Assembly (NCBI GenBank): GCA_963666485.2
Contig: CAXXUO010000001.1
Location: 512,001-576,000, forward strand
Direction of reading: 5' to 3'
Length of the DNA: 64,000 bases
From: Syntrophorhabdaceae bacterium
GTDB lineage: Bacteria > Desulfobacterota > Syntrophorhabdia > Syntrophorhabdales > Syntrophorhabdaceae
Shown: positions 9,313-18,220 of the stretch, in pieces
Layout of the letters: each line of letters starts with the position of its first letter
Numbering within the stretch: position 1 is the stretch's first letter
Program-made: the position numbers and the translations under genes
The notes under the pieces: generated by a model
What the model saw: only the letters and a program-made list of their open reading frames with translations
Told to the model about the DNA's origin: nothing
The model's database searches: none

Positions 9313-9840
9313 ATGAACGTGGCCGAAGGCAATAACCTGTGTGTCAGGATAGCGATCAACCGGATACCCCCAATACTGAAACCGTACTATACAGTCAAAT
9401 GGCTTACGCGAAAAGATATCTCGATGAGAATATGCAGGAAGATCCTTGGGTGTATCGGGCTTGTGCCGTCCTACCCGCCGACCACGACGGCGGGCAGACG
9501 ATTTACACCTGCCGAGGGAGTCCTGGGGCTCGAACCGGGTGATTATGTCGAAGTGTCGACGGCCGATGAGATCAAAAAAACCCTCGACTCGTACGGAAGG
9601 CACGATCGCCTGTATTTCATGGCAGAACAGTGGCAGTATTGCGGCGGGAAGTTCCGGGTGCACAAGAGGGTAAACCGCGTCCTTTCAGAGCAGACAGGTG
9701 TGCTCAGAAAGGCCAGAAATGTCGTATTGCTTGAAGGCGTCTGCTGCGACGGATCACATCACGGGAATTGCGACGCTTCCTGTTTTCTTTTCTGGAAGGA
9801 AGCTTGGTTAAAGCGGGCCCCGAAAGGGCCCGCCTGTTAA
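9313..9840 (+). CDS. Conserved hypothetical protein (SH3-like domain with Cys-rich C-terminus)
   Basis: LGLEPGDYVEV..EI..TLD..G....L.F..E...YCG..FRV..RV and CDGSHHGNCDASCFLFWKEAWLKR. Confidence 0.6.
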   Translation: MNVAEGNNLCVRIAINRIPPILKPYYTVKWLTRKDISMRICRKILGCIGLVPSYPPTTTAGRRFTPAEGVLGLEPGDYVEVSTADEIKKTLDSYGRHDRLYFMAEQWQYCGGKFRVHKRVNRVLSEQTGVLRKARNVVLLEGVCCDGSHHGNCDASCFLFWKEAWLKRAPKGPAC

Positions 9841-9844
9841 TAAT

Positions 9845-10204
9845 TTATTTCTTTTTTGCTTTAGCGGCCGGTTTTGCTGCCTTCGCCGGTGCCTTCGCTG
9901 CGGCTTTCTTCGCAGGTTTTGCCACGGCCTTCCCGTTGACGGCGGCCTTTAACGCGGCACCCGCGGCGAATCTCGGGACCTTCTTGGCTGCTATCTTGAT
10001 CTCCTGCCCGGTCCTCGGATTTCTTCCCTTCCGTGCCTTGCGCGTACTCACGGAAAATGTCCCGAAACCGACGAGCGTCACTTTATCCCCCTTCTTGATC
10101 GCCTGGGTGATACTGCCGATGACGGTCTCAAATGCCTTTCCCGCTGCTGCCTTCGATATCTTTACTTCTTCGGCTACCTTTTCAATGATCTCTGCTTTGG
10201 TCAT
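9845..10204 (-). CDS. hup: HU-family DNA-binding protein with Lys/Ala/Pro-rich tail
   Basis: [46 protein letters not shown] before ATG 10204. Confidence 0.93.
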   Translation of the reverse strand: MTKAEIIEKVAEEVKISKAAAGKAFETVIGSITQAIKKGDKVTLVGFGTFSVSTRKARKGRNPRTGQEIKIAAKKVPRFAAGAALKAAVNGKAVAKPAKKAAAKAPAKAAKPAAKAKKK

Positions 10205-10450
10205 CTTTGCCCCTTCCTTAAATGTAGTTATATCTATGCTCATCAGGCCGCTTGTGCTGCCTGTTGCGTAAATCCACCAGATTATGGGCTTGTTAAGAAT
10301 TATTTAACATAGACATACGAAATTCAAGGTTTTTCGTAGCAAAAATAGCGATTTCCTGATTTTTTCCTGTATTTTTTTCGAACAGGGGTGCCAGGGGCCC
10401 TTATTTCCTTGCCAAATCGGCTGATTTTCACGATAATTCGGGAGAATATT

Positions 10451-10504
10451 GGCGATAGGCTATAGGCGGGGGGCCATAGGGTTTTTTTGCCATTGCCTAT
10501 CGCC
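10451..10504. repeat. Heptamer-based palindromic element, copy A
   Basis: GGCGATAGGC...GCCTATCGCC perfect 10-bp inverted repeat. Confidence 0.6.
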
Positions 10505-10513
10505 GGATTTATT

Positions 10514-11764
10514 ATGCCTAATTTCAAAAACGTTCTCCGATCATACCGGTTCTCCGCTATCCTGCTGCTGTCGGTCGTTCTGGGCGCTGCTATCGGCCTT
10601 TATTTCGGCAAGAGTGCGGCGGCACTCAAGCCACTCGGGGATATTTTCCTCAACCTTCTCTTTACGGCCATTGTGCCTCTCGTCTTTTTTTCCATAGCTT
10701 CGGCTGTATCCGGTATGCCCAACATGAAAAGGCTCGGCCGGATCCTGTTCTTCATGGTCACGGTTTTCATCCTGACGGGCATTGTCGCATCGATCATCAT
10801 GGTGATCTGTGTACAGTTCTATCCGCCCGCACGAGGTCTCGTAATAGATCTCGGCACAAAGGTCCAGGTCGATCATTTCAAGACCTCTGAACAGATCGTC
10901 AGGGCATTCACGGCGACCGACTTCACCGAGATACTCTCTAAAAGGAATATGCTCGCGCTGATCATTTTTTCGATCCTTATGGGATTGGGATGTGCGGCGG
11001 CTGGCGAAAAAGGCAGGGCATTTTCCGGCTTTCTCGCCTCAGGGAACGAGGTCATGATGAAGGTCATCTCCTTTATCATGTACTACGCGCCGGTCGGCCT
11101 GTGCGCCTATTTCGCCCATTTTATCGGAACGTACGGCAGCGACCTTTTGAACGTGTACTTCAGGGGCATGGCGCTCTATTACCCTGTCGCCATCCTCTAT
11201 TTTTTCCTCGCCTTTTCGCTGTATGCATATGTGGCGGCCCGCGGGCGCGGCATACGGAGATTCTGGAAAAATATCATGCCCGCCAGCCTTACCGCGCTCG
11301 CTACGGGGAGCAGCATTGCGACGATACCATGCAATCTCGACGCGGCGGACAGGATAGGCATCCCCCGAGACGTAAGCGAGGTGGTCATCCCCATCGGTGC
11401 GACGATTCACATGGACGGCTCATGTCTCGGGTCCATACTCAAGATCGCCTTTCTCTTCGGGATATTCGATATGAATTTCGGCGACCCCATGACGATGCTC
11501 ATAGCCGTCGGGATCGCGATCCTGTCCGGCACGGTCATAACGGGGATACCGTCCGGCGGCGTCATAGGGGAGATACTGATAATAACCCTGTACGGGTTCC
11601 CGCTCGAAGCCCTGCCTATCATATCCATGATCGGGGCACTCATCGACCCGCCGGCGACAATGATCAACGCGGTTGGTGACAATGTCGCCAGCATGATGGT
11701 CGCACGATGGGTGAATGGGAAAAGGTGGATGGGTGAAAACGGGGCGATGGGCGATGGGCGATAG
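10514..11764 (+). CDS. Dicarboxylate/amino acid:cation symporter (DAACS)
   Basis: PLGDIFLNLL, VPLVFFSI, TGSSIATIP, PIGATIHMDG, TMINAVGD; multiple TM segments. Confidence 0.92.
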   Translation: MPNFKNVLRSYRFSAILLLSVVLGAAIGLYFGKSAAALKPLGDIFLNLLFTAIVPLVFFSIASAVSGMPNMKRLGRILFFMVTVFILTGIVASIIMVICVQFYPPARGLVIDLGTKVQVDHFKTSEQIVRAFTATDFTEILSKRNMLALIIFSILMGLGCAAAGEKGRAFSGFLASGNEVMMKVISFIMYYAPVGLCAYFAHFIGTYGSDLLNVYFRGMALYYPVAILYFFLAFSLYAYVAARGRGIRRFWKNIMPASLTALATGSSIATIPCNLDAADRIGIPRDVSEVVIPIGATIHMDGSCLGSILKIAFLFGIFDMNFGDPMTMLIAVGIAILSGTVITGIPSGGVIGEILIITLYGFPLEALPIISMIGALIDPPATMINAVGDNVASMMVARWVNGKRWMGENGAMGDGR

Positions 11765-11812
11765 GCGATGGGTTAGGTCTTCCGATTGCCTCTTGCCCCT
11801 TGCCCATCGCCT
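11742..11812. repeat. Heptamer-based palindromic element, copy B
   Basis: Tandem GGGCGAT/AGGCGAT units followed by inverted TTGCCTC/TTGCCCC/TTGCCCA/TCGCCT units, between convergent genes. Confidence 0.65.
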
Positions 11813-11815
11813 GCT

Positions 11816-12148
11816 TTATTCCGTTATTATTTTTATCTCCCCCATATCCTCGCATTGATCTGCCATGATCACTGCACGGTGGGCGAGGGGGGAAAGTCCT
11901 TCGATAATGTGATCATCGGTATAGAGACCGCAGGCACCGGATGGTAGGGCTGCCTGGTGATGGACCTTGTTGTCTTCGACATACAGGATGCCTTTCTTCC
12001 CCGCGATACCAATGCTGCTTCCGAGTGCATGGCACGTCCGGGTGAGCAGGAATTCCCTGCCGTCCTGCAGGACCCTGTATGTGTTCACGGTCCCGGGGAG
12101 ATTTCCTCCGAGAAGAGCGGAATTAGTCCTTTTTATAGTTATTTCCAT
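11816..12148 (-). CDS. Hypothetical protein
   Basis: About 110-aa ORF (MEITIKR...) with protein-like composition; no family recognised. Confidence 0.55.
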   Translation of the reverse strand: MEITIKRTNSALLGGNLPGTVNTYRVLQDGREFLLTRTCHALGSSIGIAGKKGILYVEDNKVHHQAALPSGACGLYTDDHIIEGLSPLAHRAVIMADQCEDMGEIKIITE

Positions 12149-12154
12149 AAAAAA

Positions 12155-12211
12155 AGGGCAACAGGCAATAGGGTAAAGTCCCATGGCCTATTGCCCATCG
12201 CCTATTGCCTT
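12155..12211. repeat. Heptamer-based palindromic element, copy C
   Basis: AGGGCAACAGGCAATAGGG...GGCCTATTGCCCATCGCCTATTGCC. Confidence 0.65.
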
Positions 12212-12215
12212 TAAT

Positions 12216-13721
12216 TTATTCTTGAAACGCTTCGAGGCGCTGTCTTCTCAACGGGTGCCTCAGTTTCTTTAATGCCTTGGCCTCGATCTGGCGAATGCGC
12301 TCACGGGTCAGGCCAAATGCGTCACCCACCTCTTCGAGGGTGTACTCGGTCGCCTCACCGATGCCCAACCTCATCCTGATGACCTTTTCTTCCCGTGGCG
12401 TCAGCGTGGCCAGGATCTGGTCTATCTCGTGCTTCAGCGAGCTTCCGATAAACTCTGACAGGGGTGAGGAGGCGTTCGGGTCCGCAATGAGATCGCCCAG
12501 CCTCGACTCGTCGTCTCCGATCGGCGTCTCGATAGATACGGTCCCGCCGGAGACCTTCATGATCTTCCTGACCTTCTCGACGGGAAGACCGGCTTTGACC
12601 GAAATATCCTCAATATCGGGGTTTTCGCCCGATTCCTGGAAAAGCGCCGAGGTTGCTTTGCTTATCTTGTTCTTGGTTTCAAGGACATGGACCGGGACCC
12701 TGATCGTCCGCCCGCAGTCCGCTATTGCACGCGTGATCGCCTGGCGTATCCACCATGTCGAATACGTCGAGAACTTATAACCCTTCTGGTAATCATATTT
12801 TTCGGCGGCTTTCATGAGCCCCATGTTGCCTTCCTGGATAAGGTCAAGAAAGGAGAGCCCGCGATTCTGGTACTTTCTGGCGATATTGATGACGAGCCTT
12901 AGGTTCGCCTGCACGAGCCTGTTCCTGACGGCCTTCAGCCCGTTCTCTATCTCGCCGAGCTCGGTGAGCCTCACCTGGATAGCGACCGCTTCCTTACTGT
13001 CCATGAGCTTCATCTGCTGCGTGATCTTCCTGATGATCACCACGATGGTCTTTTTGTTCAGTTTGAGGTCAAGCAGGGCCTTTTCAACCTTGCCGCTTAT
13101 CTTTTCGAGGTCGGCGGCCAGTTTCTTTCTATCAGCCGCTTTGCGGCATTTCTTCAACAGCCACCGCACTTCTTCCCTTTTTCCGTACTGGTTCTTTATC
13201 GACGTAATGGATGAGACAATGGCCTTGCGATATTTCTCCTCATCTTTCTGCGTCAGGTCCATCTCGTCGATATTGATCACGTCCGCTATGCCCATCTCCT
13301 GGGCCTTCAACTGCCGGCCTATTTCAAGCAGTTCGACGACCGCCTCGGGCATGTCGAAGACGATCTTGATCGCCTTTCTTTCCGCTTCCTCGATCCTCTG
13401 CGATATCTGGAACTCTTCGTCGGGCGTCAGCAGCGAAACCTGTCCCATATCTTTCAGGTACGCCCAGACGATATTATCTGTGTCAGAAGATACCCTTTCT
13501 GTTTCCTCAGAATCCTCCCTGCCGCCCGTCATGCGCGGGCCGGACCTTCTCTCGATCGTCTCGACAAGGTCGACATCGGATTCGGAAATAAAGTCAAATT
13601 CTTCTTCTTCGCTGCCGGAAAAGCATATTTCCCGGGGAATGGACTCTTCGGCCTCGTCAAAGAGGTCCTTGTCGATCCCCGTATCCAGCATATCCTTTAC
13701 CTTTGTGTTATTAATGGCCAT
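12216..13721 (-). CDS. RpoD-like sigma-70 factor (paralog 1)
   Basis: Region 1.2 ([15 protein letters not shown]), [69 protein letters not shown]. Confidence 0.9.
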   Translation of the reverse strand: MAINNTKVKDMLDTGIDKDLFDEAEESIPREICFSGSEEEEFDFISESDVDLVETIERRSGPRMTGGREDSEETERVSSDTDNIVWAYLKDMGQVSLLTPDEEFQISQRIEEAERKAIKIVFDMPEAVVELLEIGRQLKAQEMGIADVINIDEMDLTQKDEEKYRKAIVSSITSIKNQYGKREEVRWLLKKCRKAADRKKLAADLEKISGKVEKALLDLKLNKKTIVVIIRKITQQMKLMDSKEAVAIQVRLTELGEIENGLKAVRNRLVQANLRLVINIARKYQNRGLSFLDLIQEGNMGLMKAAEKYDYQKGYKFSTYSTWWIRQAITRAIADCGRTIRVPVHVLETKNKISKATSALFQESGENPDIEDISVKAGLPVEKVRKIMKVSGGTVSIETPIGDDESRLGDLIADPNASSPLSEFIGSSLKHEIDQILATLTPREEKVIRMRLGIGEATEYTLEEVGDAFGLTRERIRQIEAKALKKLRHPLRRQRLEAFQE

Positions 13722-13777
13722 TCCTCTTCTCTCCACCTATAAGTCTTGCCTGATTTTAGTCCCGGTACGGTTCAGAC

Positions 13778-13821
13778 AAAAAAATAGAAAGAGCAGGCCG
13801 GGACTTACCCGGCCTGCTTTT
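13778..13821 (-). terminator. Intrinsic terminator-like hairpin in the leader of sigma paralog 1
   Basis: AGCAGGCCGGG-TAAGT-CCCGGCCTGCT followed by CTTTCTATTTTTTT on the minus strand. Confidence 0.7.
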
Positions 13822-13842
13822 ATCGACTTACCTTCGATTGTT

Positions 13843-13871
13843 ACTATAACACAAGATCAATACAATTTCAA
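13843..13871 (-). promoter_or_regulatory. Sigma70-type promoter
   Basis: TTGAAA-N17-TATAGT with an extended TGn -10. Confidence 0.6.
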
Positions 13872-13953
13872 CACCTAAATTGACCCTGCTCCATCAGATA
13901 ACAGTATGGTCGCGACTGACGGAAGACAGGAAGGTTGCCTTGCCGGGTGTAAC

Positions 13954-14433
13954 TCACGGCTGGCCCTTTATCTGACGGTCATAAAAGTCTTTTTCAAACG
14001 TCATGACAACGGTCGTGTCCTTCTCATTCGTTATGTGAACGATAATAGGATGACCGGTATCGTCATCCTTTCCCAGGAGACGGAAGGCTGCATCCTTTTT
14101 CTCAATTATCGTGAAGCCGTGTTTCTTGAGCCTCTCGGCTGCTTCTTCGTTCATCGTGCCATGAAAAATAAAGGCCTGCCCGATAAGCAACTGATTTTCG
14201 TAGATGCAGCCGGCCCCTAGCATAGGTTCCAGGTTCTTGAGGTTGTAAACCTCTGCCTTGAGGCCACTCCCTACATCCATGACTTCGTCGGGGCTTCCCA
14301 GAAGGGCGTGTACAGCGGACCTCGTCATGAGAACGCTGATGTCATCCAAGGCCTTTATGTCGATTGCATGCAAAGGCCCGGCTGCGATGAAGAGCAAAAT
14401 GAGTGCAAATAAAAAAGCGCGTGTTTTCTTCAT
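13954..14433 (-). CDS. Secreted hypothetical protein
   Basis: Signal peptide MKKTRAFLFALILLFIAAGPLHA; AAGGAG RBS. Confidence 0.7.
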   Translation of the reverse strand: MKKTRAFLFALILLFIAAGPLHAIDIKALDDISVLMTRSAVHALLGSPDEVMDVGSGLKAEVYNLKNLEPMLGAGCIYENQLLIGQAFIFHGTMNEEAAERLKKHGFTIIEKKDAAFRLLGKDDDTGHPIIVHITNEKDTTVVMTFEKDFYDRQIKGQP

Positions 14434-14446
14434 AGACCTTCTCCTT

Positions 14447-15271
14447 TCATCGCGAAAACAGGGCGTCGATAATGCCCAGCGCACCCATGGGGTTGACGCC
14501 GACGCTGACGGAAGTCGTGGTTGATCTCGTCGATGTCGTACTGCTCGATGTGGTGTGCGTTGACGAGGATGATCTGGTTTCCGTTCTCCCCGGGGCGGGC
14601 GTCACGGTCCTCGATGAACCTGTCGTCACGCTGGCGCTGCTCGATGTTGTGTTCGATCGGGAAGATGACGTCTCCCATGTTTTTTGTACAGGATTTGGCT
14701 GACCGGCCCCTGCGGCAGTACCGACGATTATGCCTGCTGCGACTGCATCCCTCGTACGGATGTCGCTGGAACCGGCTGGCTGGGGCGGGGATGGGACTGC
14801 TGTCGTCGCGGCAGGATATGCCGGCTGCCCAGCGTTCTGCCCTCGCAAGGGAACAAGGGAGACCGCGACCGATGGCGGAGCGAGGATATAAGCCTCGCCC
14901 GATTCCTCCTGGTACGAAATGGAGTTCATGCCGCTCGACATCCCCATCGAGGTGCTTTTAAAAAAGAGTCCTGAATTTACCCCGGATTGGACTGCCTTCA
15001 TCATCACTTTATTCGACTGGTACTGTCTCGTAATGGGCATGTCGACCTGATGGTATCCTTGCTTGAACAGTGTAATGATGTGGTCCCGGTTCCTTTCAAG
15101 GGAAACGGTTCCCGGCGTCTGCCCGGCCGGCCTGCCGTCAGCGAGGATGCTCGCCCCCATGGGATTCGAAGAAACGGGGACATCCTGCCTGAGCACCGTT
15201 GTTTCGCATCCGGCGGCAAAGAGGCCAAAGATGCAAAGAGCTATAACACACTTCATTCGGTCCATCGACAC
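14447..15271 (-). CDS. PEGA-domain lipoprotein with Ser/Thr-rich tail
   Basis: Lipobox AAGC; VSSNPMGASILADG...GQTP..V.L...H.ITL.KQGY matches the PEGA pattern. Confidence 0.7.
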   Translation of the reverse strand: MSMDRMKCVIALCIFGLFAAGCETTVLRQDVPVSSNPMGASILADGRPAGQTPGTVSLERNRDHIITLFKQGYHQVDMPITRQYQSNKVMMKAVQSGVNSGLFFKSTSMGMSSGMNSISYQEESGEAYILAPPSVAVSLVPLRGQNAGQPAYPAATTAVPSPPQPAGSSDIRTRDAVAAGIIVGTAAGAGQPNPVQKTWETSSSRSNTTSSSASVTTGSSRTVTPAPGRTETRSSSSTHTTSSSTTSTRSTTTSVSVGVNPMGALGIIDALFSR

Positions 15272-15310
15272 TTCCTCCTCATATATGTCTAATGTCTGTG
15301 CCCGTAAAAC

Positions 15311-16783
15311 CTACATACTCCTAAACTTGTAATATTCCACCGGGGCATAGTCGTCGGTTATGACTGGCATATCGAGCGGTATATCTTCCTTCCACCGGTA
15401 GCCGAGATATTCGTTCAATTCCCGGTCAGCTGACACCAGGGCCGGTTCTTTTGCGTTCTTGAGCGCCACCAGGATCACGTTCTGGGACTCCCGGGCATCT
15501 TCGATACGGACCCGGAAGAGATAGACCCGGGGAAAGAATTTCTTGTACGTGGCGATCTCCGCCCGGAGGAATTCCCCTTTTTTCCCGTTGATGCCCGAGA
15601 TTATGTTCTGGATCACGAGCCCCTCGTCATTGAGCGCCCTGTACATGCGTTCCACGGCCTCAGAGGTCGCCAGCTGATACGGGACGGAATTGAAGGAATT
15701 GAAGGCGTCACTGTAAATGACATCGTATTTATTGGCCGTCTTATTGAGGAATGTGCGCGCATCCTCATGAAATATCCTCAACCGGGCGTTGTCATACAAC
15801 CCGAAATACTTCCGGGCTATCTTCGTCATACCCGGGTCTATCTCCACGACATCCATGGTAGACCGCGGATGCTTCTTCAAGAAATCCTTCGGATACGAAT
15901 AGCCGCAACCCCCGATCATCAGGGCAGACCGTATATTCGGGTTGAAGTGCTTCGCGAGACGGAAATATTTCGTATACCTGAAGACGAGGTCCCCGTCGTA
16001 CAGATACATTGCCGACTGCGCCGCAAAAGGGTCCGTATACAGAACGACCATCGGCTTATCCGACCTGAGCTCGTAACTGACCCAGACCTTGTTGTACGGG
16101 GTGTCGATATCGATGATGCCCTGTTTCGTAAAGATATGGTGGATATTCCCAAAGAACACCAGGCCGAGGAAGACGCTTATGAGGATCACCTTTGTCCTGA
16201 AATAGATCTTTGTGCTCGCCAGGAGCGACAAGCCGAACAGGACGGCCGTCATGGAAAACAGTATTTTCGTCGTACCGAAGAACGGAATGATAAAGAACCC
16301 TGCCGAAAAGGTGCCGGCGATGCTGCCTATCGTCGAAATCGCATACAGGCTGCCGACGGTTGACGCGGAGCTCTCGAGGCTGCTCATGCGTAATTTCACG
16401 GAAAAAGGCGATATCATCCCGAGCATTATGCTGGCAGGTGCGAACAGGAACAACGAGGCCATGAGCGCCGTATACTCGGAACGTATGTTGAACAGGGCGA
16501 CAGCCTCCAGAACGATATGGTGCGTGAACACCGTGAGCCCGACAAATACCGCCGCAAGGAAAAGGATGCCGGAAAAATAATTCCAGTGGGCTTTTTTATC
16601 CGCAAGTTTGCCGCCCAGGTAATATCCCAGGCTCAACGCCCCCAGGATCACCCCGATCAGGCTGCTCCAGACGTATATCGAGGTGCCGACATAGGGCGAT
16701 ATCAGCCGTGATCCCACGAGCTCGTAGATCATGACAATGGCGCCCGAAATAAAGACAATGCATTCAAGTGTGTATTTTTTCAT
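15311..16783 (-). CDS. Fused MFS-like membrane domain / spermidine-synthase-like protein
   Basis: FISGAIVMIYEL, GSLYAISTIGSIAG; ALMIGGCG, VVEIDP, EDARTFL, YDVIYSDAF. Confidence 0.88.
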   Translation of the reverse strand: MKKYTLECIVFISGAIVMIYELVGSRLISPYVGTSIYVWSSLIGVILGALSLGYYLGGKLADKKAHWNYFSGILFLAAVFVGLTVFTHHIVLEAVALFNIRSEYTALMASLFLFAPASIMLGMISPFSVKLRMSSLESSASTVGSLYAISTIGSIAGTFSAGFFIIPFFGTTKILFSMTAVLFGLSLLASTKIYFRTKVILISVFLGLVFFGNIHHIFTKQGIIDIDTPYNKVWVSYELRSDKPMVVLYTDPFAAQSAMYLYDGDLVFRYTKYFRLAKHFNPNIRSALMIGGCGYSYPKDFLKKHPRSTMDVVEIDPGMTKIARKYFGLYDNARLRIFHEDARTFLNKTANKYDVIYSDAFNSFNSVPYQLATSEAVERMYRALNDEGLVIQNIISGINGKKGEFLRAEIATYKKFFPRVYLFRVRIEDARESQNVILVALKNAKEPALVSADRELNEYLGYRWKEDIPLDMPVITDDYAPVEYYKFRSM

Positions 16784-16870
16784 CCTTCTTCCTGCTCCGA
16801 TCGTTGGAAAGGAGATTGTATCAATATTGGGATGCTTATTTCAATGGAACAGTGGGGAAGATCGGGTCCT

Positions 16871-16900
16871 CCCATCCCCCATTGCCCATTGCCCATTGCC
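16871..16900. repeat. Heptamer tandem (CCCATTG)n, copy D
   Basis: CCCATCCCCCATTGCCCATTGCCCATTGCC. Confidence 0.5.
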
Positions 16901-16948
16901 TTGTTATAATACCATTGACCGGTAAATACTTTTTCTGGAGGCTACATT

Positions 16949-17350
16949 ATGACCGCTATCGAATACCTGAAAGCAAACCCCGTATTTCATATTGCAACCG
17001 TCGAAGGGACGAAGGCCCGGGTGCGTCCGTTCGGGTTCAGCATGGCCCGGAATGGCGCGATATATCTCTGCACAAACAAGACGAAGGACGTGTACAAGCA
17101 GCTCGTGAACAACCCCGAGATAGAGATCTCCGATATGGGCAGCGACATGACGTGGCTGAGGATACGCGGCCGGATCGCCTTTGATGAATCGAGGGATGCA
17201 AAGGTCCAGGCGTTCGCGGAATCAGCAAACCTTCTGAAGGTTTACCCGAAGGGCGCAGACGACGAGACCTTTATAACGTTCTATTTCACCGAAGCAGTCG
17301 CAACGCTCTTTTCATTCACAGCCGCACCAAAAACGATACCTCTCGTATAG
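16949..17350 (+). CDS. Pyridoxamine 5'-phosphate oxidase-like FMN-binding protein
   Basis: IATVEG.KARVRPF, T.KTKDVYKQL..NPEIEI, WLRIRG; GGAGG RBS. Confidence 0.85.
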   Translation: MTAIEYLKANPVFHIATVEGTKARVRPFGFSMARNGAIYLCTNKTKDVYKQLVNNPEIEISDMGSDMTWLRIRGRIAFDESRDAKVQAFAESANLLKVYPKGADDETFITFYFTEAVATLFSFTAAPKTIPLV

Positions 17351-17606
17351 GTACGGATTTTTTGCAGTCTCCCGGGCCCTTAAGGTTGCCGCCGGTGAGC
17401 CCGAACGCTTTCTAACACCGCACCTGGTCGTGATGTGCAGAAAATAATATGGTAAAGACGCCCATAATTTTGCCCCAATAATTCAACGGATAGACTCTTC
17501 GTTCCTTGTGGTAAGATTATCCCGGCTACAGGGGCGATGGGGGGATAGGTTCCGGGTTCTTAATTGTCAGGGCATACATCCCCGTGATTCTGGAACATAA
17601 AAAAGG

Positions 17607-17804
17607 GTGGGTGTGATGGTTAAATGTCCGACGTGCGGAAATGAAGTCCGGGTTGTTTCTTTCGGTTCCGCATTTCTTGCGGTATGCTGCGGCAGGATAA
17701 TCTACAGGGGCTCAACACCGCCCCCGCCGGGCGTAAGCCCGGCCGATCGCGACGAAAACCAGAACAGGGTCATATTTCTCGACGAAAAATTTAGCCGCGC
17801 ATAA
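17607..17804 (+). CDS. Small zinc-ribbon hypothetical protein
   Basis: KCPTCG...VCCGRIIY. Confidence 0.45.
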   Translation: MGVMVKCPTCGNEVRVVSFGSAFLAVCCGRIIYRGSTPPPPGVSPADRDENQNRVIFLDEKFSRA

Positions 17805-17835
17805 TACGAAGGGTCGGAAAAGATCTCCGGACCTC

Positions 17836-18168
17836 TTATTTCAGCACCCAGTGATGTATGAGTGCACCGGCAAACCAGGCCCCAAAGCTCGAGCCCAGGA
17901 CCCCGGCCAGGGACATCTCCTTTTTTAAGCAGATAAAAGCTACGAGATAGAATAATATGCTTGGCAGAATACCCCAGAGTGCGCCCCGCGTAAAACCCTG
18001 CATTACCTGCCATTGTCCCTTGTTCTCAAAATAAACGAATGCCAGTATCAAGGCCCCCGCTAAAGGCATGACGCTTATCAGTCCGGCTATCGACGGAAAT
18101 TTCCGCGCAATCCCTGTGGCGGCGAGTATGACGGCCACGCTGATCACTATTTTAATAGCAAGCTGCAT
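17836..18168 (-). CDS. DUF3147-like small membrane protein
   Basis: KIVISVAVIL.ATGIARKFPSIAGLISVMPL; four TM segments. Confidence 0.75.
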   Translation of the reverse strand: MQLAIKIVISVAVILAATGIARKFPSIAGLISVMPLAGALILAFVYFENKGQWQVMQGFTRGALWGILPSILFYLVAFICLKKEMSLAGVLGSSFGAWFAGALIHHWVLK

Positions 18169-18220
18169 AGATACACTCTCCTTTCCCGGGTATTCGATGC
18201 GCCTCATAATGAACGCCGTT

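Noticed and set aside
17360..17440. GC-rich hairpin region resembling a c-di-GMP-I riboswitch P2 stem
   Set aside because: No GNRA-capped P1 or GCAAA junction motifs.
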